Of a stretch of DNA of 11,399 nt, positions 1 to 6,803 are shown in pieces; positions within the stretch are counted from its first letter, which is position 1; every line of letters starts with the position of its first letter. Made by a program: the position numbers and the translations under genes. The stretch is taken from IMG/VR virus record IMGVR_UViG_2724679293_000010, positions 1 to 11,399 of that record. The stretch is one strand, 5' to 3'. A model generated the notes under the pieces. That model was not told the origin of the DNA. It searched no databases and saw only the letters and a program-made list of their open reading frames with translations. Source of the DNA: a virus. Taxonomy: Duplodnaviria; Heunggongvirae; Uroviricota; Caudoviricetes.

Positions 1-290
1 TCATCCTCCGACATGGCACCGAGAAAATCATTCAGCGTACCGGGTTGAGAATCTTCATACACGGTGATGGTCCCGGCATGTGACGGCGGGAATCCTTCCA
101 CCAACAGAATGACGCTGTACTGACCGTACTCAACGTCCATGCTGTAACGACCGGCTTCATCCGGATTTTCAGAGGCCACCGTGTTCACCACCACCGTGCT
201 GCTGGTCCGTCTGGCTTTCAGTTGAATGGTGCAGTTCTCTACCGGTTTTCCTGTGCCGTCTTTCAGTACACCTGAAATCTTTACTGCCAT
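1..290 (-). CDS. stf: side tail fibre protein Stf, N-terminal 96 codons only (gene runs off the window start)
   Basis: Not in the ORF track because no stop lies in the window. Minus-strand ATG at 290-288 preceded by GGGGTGA RBS; hand translation MAVKISGVLKDGTGKPVENCTIQLKARRTSSTVVVNTVASENPDEAGRYSMDVEYGQYSVILLVEGFPPSHAGTITVYEDSQPGTLNDFLGAMSEDD is open to position 1 and matches the lambda Stf (orf-401) N-terminus as remembered; position downstream of lom fits lambda synteny. Confidence 0.85.
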   Translation of the reverse strand, partial: MAVKISGVLKDGTGKPVENCTIQLKARRTSSTVVVNTVASENPDEAGRYSMDVEYGQYSVILLVEGFPPSHAGTITVYEDSQPGTLNDFLGAMSED

Positions 291-300
291 ATTCACCCCA

Positions 301-328
301 CAAAAAAGCCCGCCTGAACCGGCGGGCT
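301..328 (-). terminator. rho-independent terminator downstream of lom
   Basis: On the minus strand: 8-bp GC-rich stem AGCCCGCC / GGCGGGCT (plus 307-314 and 321-328) with 6-nt loop, followed by TTTTTT (plus 301-306); starts 27 nt after the lom stop. Confidence 0.6.
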
Positions 329-354
329 GTCATAACACTGTGTTACCTGGCTAA

Positions 355-954
355 TCAGAACTTATAACCGACACCCACGATGAAACCGTCAGTGCGCCAG
401 TCGCCACTGCCGGAGCCTTCATAAGCAATATCAATGGCCACGGATTCGGTCGGGTTAAACTGCACGCCAGCTCCCCACGCCAGAGACGTGTTGCTGTGGC
501 GACCGTCATCACTTCCGGTCAGCACATCATGCGTTTTCCCCTTGTTGTCGGTCACCTGCAGATAATCTCCGGAGAAAGTCGACACACGGCTGTAAGACAC
601 ACCCGCCATCGCATACGCGCTGAACAATTCATTCACGCGCACAGACGGCCCCGCCATCACGCTGAACCAGCGGTTACGCACGGAATCTTCATGCCAGCGG
701 GTATCGCTGTAACGGGTCAGCTGGCGATTCTTGTCTCCTGCATAGCTGAATGACGTCACCATTCCCAGAGTGTCCGTAAACTCATAACGGTATTTCACGT
801 TAATCCCGTTCAGTTCATCGCTGCCAGGAACGTTCGTCGAGACATGAAGATACCCCGCGCTCAGCGTGGACTGATGTTCAGACGCCCATGCAGGCGCACC
901 GGATACGGCCAGACAAATGGCTGCGGACAAAATGGCGGCATAAAGTTTACGCAT
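355..954 (-). CDS. lom: Lom outer-membrane protein (Ail/Lom/PagC beta-barrel family), lysogenic-conversion moron
   Basis: 199-aa ORF; signal peptide MRKLYAAILSAAICLAVSGAPAWA, C-terminal aromatic ...GVGYKF typical of OM beta-barrels; near-identical to lambda Lom as remembered; GAGAGGT RBS upstream of ATG at 954; sits between J and stf as in lambda. Confidence 0.95.
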   Translation of the reverse strand: MRKLYAAILSAAICLAVSGAPAWASEHQSTLSAGYLHVSTNVPGSDELNGINVKYRYEFTDTLGMVTSFSYAGDKNRQLTRYSDTRWHEDSVRNRWFSVMAGPSVRVNELFSAYAMAGVSYSRVSTFSGDYLQVTDNKGKTHDVLTGSDDGRHSNTSLAWGAGVQFNPTESVAIDIAYEGSGSGDWRTDGFIVGVGYKF

Positions 955-975
955 AATTACCTCTCGCTTTTCTGC

Positions 976-1002
976 AATAAAAAAGGCGCCATTTCTGGCG
1001 CC
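976..1002 (-). terminator. rho-independent terminator between J and lom
   Basis: On the minus strand: stem GGCGCCA / TGGCGCC (plus 996-1002 and 985-991) with GAAA tetraloop, followed by TTTTTTATT (plus 976-984); lies 20 nt downstream of the J stop codon. Confidence 0.6.
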
Positions 1003-1021
1003 CGTATATGGGTTATAAAAT

Positions 1022-4000
1022 TCAGCTGATACTGATGCCTGCGGTGGCTTTCTTCATCACCACAACCAGCAAATCGCTGATACTTGCTGTGGGATACCAG
1101 TTATTCACCAGCCATGCTGATACCGAAAACTCCAGCGTCATGTGACCGTGACCGGCAGGCATATCAATAACGCCACTGTAAATCAGCGTATTATCCAGCG
1201 CGGTACGGTTATAAATTTCAGCACCGTTTTTCCGCACTATCAGACGGCATGAGGAGTAAATATCAGTATGCTCTCTCTCATGCTTAGCGCCACTGAATGC
1301 CACCGCCGGAATAACAATCTGCCGGTCAAACGGCTGATCGTCATAAACCCTGACGGTAATGGTCCCTGATGGCCACCGCTCCGGTGCCCGGGAGTCCCGC
1401 GGAAAAGCCTTACCCACTGTTTTGACTATATCGCCTTCAATCTGGTTGGCTGACAGTTTCCCCTTAATCTGACAGTTCTCATTAATTGTGACATTGTTGA
1501 GCGTCCCGGCGTTCGCATTCACACTGCCACTGATATCTGCATTTTTAGCGGTCAGCTTTCCGTCCGGTGTCAGGGAAAATGCCGGAGGATTACCGCCGCT
1601 GGTAATGGTGGGAGCCGTCAGGCGTTTCAGGAACACGTCGTTCATGAATATCTGATCGCCCTGACCAACAAACATCGGCTTTGTGTTGCCATTCGCAGGA
1701 TTAATCATCGCAATCCTGTCTGCCGCCAGCAGCACCTGACTCTGCATTCCTGCTGGCGTATTCTCAATACCGGCACCGATACCCGCAATATAAAGGCGTC
1801 CGTCCTTCATCTGTTGCAGCTTCACAGCCCACATGCTGTTCAGATTATTATTTGTATCAACCTGAACCTTCTGTATCTGCTGGATCGCTGCACTCTGGTC
1901 TTCCAGTTTCTTATTGACGGTCTGCGTGATTTCATTACTGACATCCGTGATGGACGTTCTGATTTCCGCCAGGTCAGGCGCAAGCTGACCGTTATCAATC
2001 TGAGTCCACAACTCCTGAGCCAGATGGGTTTTCCCTATCTCTCCTTTGAAAAAATCCAGATAGCCGGATGCATCATCACTCGGCTGGCCAACAGCCTCCA
2101 CAAATGCCGATTTGCCAACGGTGTTCACACTGCGGATATAAAAGTAATAATCATGGCCCGGTTTGATATTGATACTGGCGGCTATCCAGTACAGCCCCGT
2201 GCCAAGGTAGCGGGCTGTGGTTTCAACCTGCCTGATATCGGTAATCCGCGTTTCCGAAAACCAGAACTCAAACTGTACCGTCGGGTCATACACCGCAAGA
2301 CGCGGGACCGCTGTTATCTGAAAATAGCCCGGTGTCAGCTCAATCTGTGACGGCGCTGCCGGTGCGGCAATCCGGAACGATACCGACGCCGGATCGCCCT
2401 GCTGCCCCCACGCATTTACCGCCCGGACTGTCAGCCTGTAGTTCCCCGGCGCCAGTTGCGTGAAGCGGTATGTGGTTTCCGTCGTCCGGGCCGTGCTGAC
2501 CAGCCGCTCACTGCCGTCATCCGCGACCACGGTCAGGCGAAGCATAAAGCTCACGCCCTTCACCACCTTCGGCGTGTCCCATTTCGCCTGCGCCAGATAC
2601 TGACCGTCAGCTGCGCTCACCTCCACCGTCAGGTGCTGCACTGCCGGAGGGATGACGCTGTTCAGGGTGCCTGACTGCGGCTCAAAGCTGGCCCCGTTAT
2701 CCACGATGGCTTCCTTTTCCGGTACGTGCTGCACCGCCGTGATGGCAAAGGTGCCGTCCGTGTTTTCCCGGATGGAGACACAGCGGAACAGGCGACGACA
2801 CAGTGACGGCAGGGAGAGTCCCCATACACCGTATGTCTCCACACCATCAGGCAGGGTGCTGACCTGTATCCGGTCCGGCGCGGGGTGTGCAGTGATGGCC
2901 ACGCTCACCGGCTTACCGCTGCCGTTAATCAGGTTCACCGTGGCGGCACCTGTCTCCGGCAGGGTCACCTCACGGTCCAGTGTCAGGGTGCGGCTGGCGG
3001 CATCGATGGACAGGATACGTCCGCCGGTCATGGTCCCGGCATAGTCGTTATCACAGATTTCAATAATGTCACCGGGTGTGTGACGCAGCCCCTGTGACCC
3101 GAGCGTGAAATCCACCGTCTGCGTTTCCAGCAGTCCGGTCTTTATCACCCACAGCCCGGCACGGTGGGCCTGACCGCGACTGGTGCAACCGAACGCATCC
3201 ATCTTCAGCAGGTTGCGCCCGTAGCGCAGTATGGCTTCCGGGTCTTCCACCAGTTCCGTGGAGGTCTGCCAGCCGTTCTGCGGGTCGGNNNNNNNTGTCC
3301 CACAGGCACCAGGCCGGGTTGTTGCTGTATGCCGGTTTCAGGCTGCCGTCCCAGATGCCGCTGTACGTGCGTTTTTCCGGGTCATAGTTTGACGGCACCT
3401 GGATGATGCGACCGCGGATATGGTAGTTCACCGTCATCTGCTGACCGCCAAACTGCTCCGCATCCACCTGCAGCCCCACAATCGCCGTGTTCGGGTAGCA
3501 CTGTTTCACATCGATGATTTCGGTGTATGACGACCAGAGCGTTCTGTTCTGCAGCTGGTCCGTGGTGCTGTCCGCCGTCTCCCGGACCATCCGGATGTTA
3601 AAGGGACGGGGAGGCAGATTCTCCAGAATCACCGACGCCAGGTACTGTGAGGTGGTCTTGCCGTTAATGGTGACATCCTTTTCCGTCACCCAGTTACCGT
3701 TACGCTGCAACTGAATCAGCAGTCGGACAGAAGAGGGATTACGGTCGCCCTTTGAGGTGGTCTCCAACAGTGACTGCACCCCGAAGGTGACCCGCAGGCG
3801 GTCAATGTTCGCGGACGTAATGGTGCGCGTCACCGGCTTTGCCTTCGTCACTTCCACGCCCAGTGCGGTTTCCGCCCCGGAGGACTCAAAGCCTTCAGGT
3901 GGTGTCTGCTCCTGCTCCCCGGCGCGCCAGACCGCTGTCACACCATGTATCACAGGATTACCGTCCGTGTCCGTCAGCGGGGTTTTGTTCACCAGGATAC

Positions 4001-4130
4001 TCTGCAGCCCCTTCACCGGACCTTCAATCGGCCCTTCACCAATGGCATCAATCACGCTCATCATCTGCGTGGACTTAAGATTGTCCTTTGCCTCTACCGG
4101 CGTGTGCGCCTTGCCGCCACCTTTGCCCAT
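1022..4130 (-). CDS. J: central tail fibre / host-specificity protein J; one gene split into two track ORFs by an N-run assembly gap
   Basis: N-terminal part (4130 down to 3296) begins [22 protein letters not shown]... with GGGGGAG RBS and reads through ...AWCLWD before the N run. C-terminal part (3288 down to 1022) resumes ...[25 protein letters not shown]... in a different apparent frame and continues to the stop at 1024-1022. Both parts are collinear with lambda gpJ as remembered, with roughly 100 residues unaccounted for at the gap. The track ORF start at 4172 (MFLCVTVITVKGET) is an upstream in-frame ATG inside the terminator T-tract and is not used. Confidence 0.9.
3289..3295. other. assembly gap (7 N) inside gene J
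   Basis: Literal nnnnnnn in the sequence; the J reading frame differs on the two sides, so the N count does not represent the true missing length. Confidence 0.95.
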
Positions 4131-4162
4131 TGTCTCCCCCTTTACTGTGATAACTGTTACGC

Positions 4163-4194
4163 ACAAAAACAACAGGCATCCCGGAGGATGCCTG
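4163..4194 (-). terminator. intrinsic terminator-like hairpin immediately upstream of J
   Basis: On the minus strand: perfect 9-bp stem CAGGCATCC / GGATGCCTG (4194-4186 and 4181-4173) with TCCG loop, followed by TTGTTTTTGTG (4172-4162); ends 32 nt upstream of the J start codon. Confidence 0.55.
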
Positions 4195-4325
4195 TATCAT
4201 GACTGAATAAAACTTCTGAATATCTTCACATTTTCACAAACTGACTGTGGTGCTAATAATTTCTCTGCATTAATGTTTTTTGTCGTGACATAAGAATAAC
4301 TCTCTATAGTTAATCTTCGTAACTC

Positions 4326-4370
4326 TCCCGCAGTTCCTGTCCGTGAGCACTGCGGGATTTTTTATGTTTT
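4326..4370 (+). terminator. plus-strand hairpin followed by a T-run (weak terminator-like element) just downstream of the I stop
   Basis: Plus strand: 8-bp stem TCCCGCAG (4326-4333) / CTGCGGGA (4350-4357) with a 16-nt loop, followed by TTTTTTATGTTTT (4358-4370). The long loop makes this a weak call. Confidence 0.3.
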
Positions 4371-5049
4371 ATGCCTGCCGCCCGATAACCACCACCTTCC
4401 CGTCACCGCCTTCATCACGGGTACTGATGTCCTGGGAGATTCGCCGGGAGCCAACCAGCATTTCACCATAAGGCACCGGCATCGGGTTCCCCTGGGCAAT
4501 CATGTTATCCAGCGAGGAAAAGTACGTGTTCTGTCTGCCGTTATCCGTTGCGCGGTAATCCGGTGTTTTTGCCTTCGGGGCCAGCATCTGGGCCACACCA
4601 CCCAGAATCATGCTGGCCCCCAGTGAAAACAGCATCGTGGTGGCAGAAAAACCACCGGCTGCCAGGGCTGAACCCCATAACGCCATTGATGCCCCGGCCG
4701 TGAAGAACGACCCCACGATGGCTGCCGCCCCCAGCACAATCTGCAGTCCACCCTTTCCGGCCCCGGCCAGTCGCGGCACAATGTGGATGACCGTTCCCTC
4801 ACCCAGCTGTTCGTGAAGACGGGCGTACACCGCCTCCGGTGCCGTGTCCTCACCGCGAATACGTATCTGGTACCAGCCTTCGTTCATCTGACGGCGGAAT
4901 CCCGGCATCTGCATCGACAGGGCACGGATGGCTTCCGCTGCCGTGTTCACATACAGGCTGAGGCGGCGGCCAAATCGTTGTAAATCCCCGTGAAGGCAGA
5001 TGCGGACCAGTGGCGGTGACGCCAGACAGAATGCGTTCGTCGTTGCCAT
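4369..5049 (-). CDS. I: tail tip assembly protein I
   Basis: 226-aa ORF MATTNAFCLASPPLVRICLHGDLQRFGRRL... with glycine-rich hydrophobic central segment; collinear with lambda gpI as remembered; start overlaps the 3' end of K by 103 nt as in lambda. Confidence 0.93.
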   Translation of the reverse strand: MATTNAFCLASPPLVRICLHGDLQRFGRRLSLYVNTAAEAIRALSMQMPGFRRQMNEGWYQIRIRGEDTAPEAVYARLHEQLGEGTVIHIVPRLAGAGKGGLQIVLGAAAIVGSFFTAGASMALWGSALAAGGFSATTMLFSLGASMILGGVAQMLAPKAKTPDYRATDNGRQNTYFSSLDNMIAQGNPMPVPYGEMLVGSRRISQDISTRDEGGDGKVVVIGRQA

Positions 5050-5690
5050 TTTTCAGAATACCTCTCCCGTTTACTCAGTTGTTCAGGCAGATGGTGAAGC
5101 AGTTCACCGTTGCCGCAGTAAATGGCGGCATGATTGGCCACCGATGCGCCAAAGCAGCACAGCAGGATATCGCCCGCCTGTGCAGAGGACAGGGGCACCC
5201 GGTAAAAGCCGGTGACCGCCATATTGTCCAGGTAAAGGTTCTGACCGTTGCGCCACCAGTCATCCTCACGCTCAAAATCCGGCATATCAATTCCCGCCAG
5301 ATGGCAGGCATCCCGGAACAGCGTGTAACAGTCCGTCACCCCGTGCTCAAAGCGCCGTCCTGTCAGATGTGGTACACAGCGGAATTTATGAATTTCCCCC
5401 CGGCAGACCAGCCACCAGGACAGTGCACTTTTTATCTGCAGCCGCCGGTCGGCCTCGCTCAGCCAGGGCAGACCACCGGGATGACTGTGGACCAGTGCCA
5501 CAATCTCCCCCTGCATCTCTGCCCACAGCCAGTCTTCCGGTGCAATACGAAAATACGCCTCCGGCTCTGCAGAGATATTCACACAAGGGATATACCGCTC
5601 CCCCTCCGGCGTTCTCACCACGAAGCCGCACGACTCCGCAGGCGCACACCGCCGGGCATGCGCCAGAATCGCTGATTCAGTCTGTGTCAT
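4947..5690 (-). CDS. K: tail tip assembly protein K (MPN/JAMM domain plus NlpC/P60 domain)
   Basis: Start taken at the ATG at 5690 (MTQTESAILAHARRC...), 10 nt after the L stop, not at the track's upstream ATG at 5951, which overlaps L in another frame. JAMM motif HSHPGGLPWLSEAD (HxHx7Sx2D) and NlpC/P60-like Cys/His (GVTDCYTLF, ANHAAIY) are present; collinear with lambda gpK as remembered. Confidence 0.85.
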   Translation of the reverse strand: MTQTESAILAHARRCAPAESCGFVVRTPEGERYIPCVNISAEPEAYFRIAPEDWLWAEMQGEIVALVHSHPGGLPWLSEADRRLQIKSALSWWLVCRGEIHKFRCVPHLTGRRFEHGVTDCYTLFRDACHLAGIDMPDFEREDDWWRNGQNLYLDNMAVTGFYRVPLSSAQAGDILLCCFGASVANHAAIYCGNGELLHHLPEQLSKRERYSEKWQRRTHSVWRHRHWSASAFTGIYNDLAAASACM

Positions 5691-5700
5691 AAACCGGGAT

Positions 5701-6399
5701 TTACTGCGAAAGTTTATTAATGGAAAGGAAACCGCCAAAATTAGCCACCATGCCGCGCATCTCACACCCGCGCATGCACTTGCTGCATCTGTCCTTACGG
5801 ATATCGGTGGTGGGTTTATCGAACTCATCCGCCACAGCCCCGCCCGTGTAACCACACTCATCAGAGCGGTAGGTCCACATACAGGTATTCGCCAGCATAA
5901 TGCGACCGGGAAACAGCGCTCCGTCCGTCTCCGTCGGTGTTGCCAGCACAAACGAGGCTGTCATGGCCGTCAGCTCTGACATCTGCTCCACCACCCAGCG
6001 GTCGCTCAGCTCCTGCTCCGGGTCCGCTTCCGGATTGCCCGCCACAAAATTCACCGCATCCAGAAAACGGGCATACACCCGGCGGCGGACCACCGTGGCC
6101 CCCACCAGGCTCTGCAGGTCCTCCGCCATCCCGGTGACCAGACCAAACAGATTGGACACCGTCAGCGACGGTCTGGCACTGCTGCCCTTCCCGTTCATCT
6201 CAAAACCGCTGCCGTCAATCGGGTATACCTGATATTGCCGCCCCTGCCAGGTGACCGCCTCCCCTTTTTCATTCAGCTCATTACAGAAAAAATACCGCTC
6301 ACCGCCCTGCACCGTCAGGTCAATTTCCCAGAGCACCACCCGCGGTGACTGCTCTGATTTAACCGACTCGTTCAGACTTTCTTCGTGAATATCCTGCAT
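5701..6399 (-). CDS. L: tail tip protein L
   Basis: 232-aa ORF MQDIHEESLNE...; C-terminal four-cysteine cluster (CGYTGG...CSKCMRGC), consistent with the Fe-S site described for lambda gpL; start codon overlaps the M stop as TGATG, as in lambda. Confidence 0.95.
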   Translation of the reverse strand: MQDIHEESLNESVKSEQSPRVVLWEIDLTVQGGERYFFCNELNEKGEAVTWQGRQYQVYPIDGSGFEMNGKGSSARPSLTVSNLFGLVTGMAEDLQSLVGATVVRRRVYARFLDAVNFVAGNPEADPEQELSDRWVVEQMSELTAMTASFVLATPTETDGALFPGRIMLANTCMWTYRSDECGYTGGAVADEFDKPTTDIRKDRCSKCMRGCEMRGMVANFGGFLSINKLSQ

Positions 6400-6728
6400 C
6401 AGTTCACCACCTGCTTAAACTCCGCGCTGAATTCAACCCGCAGCATGCGAACCCGTGATGACCAGGCGGCACAGGTCACCTTTATCTGCCGCCAGGCATA
6501 AGGCGGTGTCCACAGAAACGCCTTCCAGCCACCGTGCTCTGCCAGGAATGCCTCCAGATGTCGGGCCTCCTCCCGGGTCACGGAAAGCGTCACACGGTAT
6601 GTTTTCAGGTCAGCATTCAGCCCCGCCGCCATACGCTGCGAATACCCGTCACCAAAACGCACTTCACGCACCGATGGCTGCGAGTTCACCTCCATATCCG
6701 GCTTCACTTTCCAGCGAAATGTTTTCAT
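6399..6728 (-). CDS. M: tail tip protein M
   Basis: 109-aa ORF MKTFRWKVKPDMEVNSQPSVREVRFGDGYSQR...EFSAEFKQVVN, same length and near-identical to lambda gpM as remembered. Confidence 0.95.
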   Translation of the reverse strand: MKTFRWKVKPDMEVNSQPSVREVRFGDGYSQRMAAGLNADLKTYRVTLSVTREEARHLEAFLAEHGGWKAFLWTPPYAWRQIKVTCAAWSSRVRMLRVEFSAEFKQVVN

Positions 6729-6803
6729 CGCCTGCCTCCGGAAAAGACGCCGCCATCACGCATCTGCGCCTGAATCTCATCCTGCGCCCCCTTGCGGGCC
6801 ATG

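Noticed and set aside
1814-2350. 178-aa plus-strand ORF and other plus-strand ORFs inside J, lom and the I region (496-753, 844-1029, 2456-2674, 2652-3044, 2885-3097, 3164-3406, 3514-3714, 3757-4206, 3839-4078, 3945-4202, 4610-4816, 4783-4983)
   Set aside because: Antisense to J, lom or I; no support beyond being open frames.
2662-2847. Small minus-strand alternative-frame ORFs nested in J, I, K and H (2662-2847, 4608-4853, 5075-5311, 5386-5649, 8513-8695, 8762-8959)
   Set aside because: Embedded out of frame within confidently assigned genes; Arg/Cys/Trp-rich translations; no evidence of overlapping-gene function.
3069-3288. C-terminal tail of the 367-aa track ORF after the N run ([28 protein letters not shown]...)
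   Set aside because: Out-of-frame read-through created by the placeholder N run; the true J frame here is the one that continues to 1022.
5010-5675. 221-aa plus-strand ORF and neighbours (5000-5215 +, 5369-5692 +, 5900-6232 +, 5937-6137 +, 6455-6877 +, 6534-6773 +)
   Set aside because: Antisense to I, K, L and M; Pro/Arg-rich low-complexity translations.
5691-5951. N-terminal extension of the 334-aa track ORF 4947-5951 (MCWQHRRRRTERCFPV...)
   Set aside because: This extension overlaps L in another frame and has a Cys/Arg/Trp-rich implausible composition; homology to K begins at the internal ATG at 5690, which lies just after the L stop.
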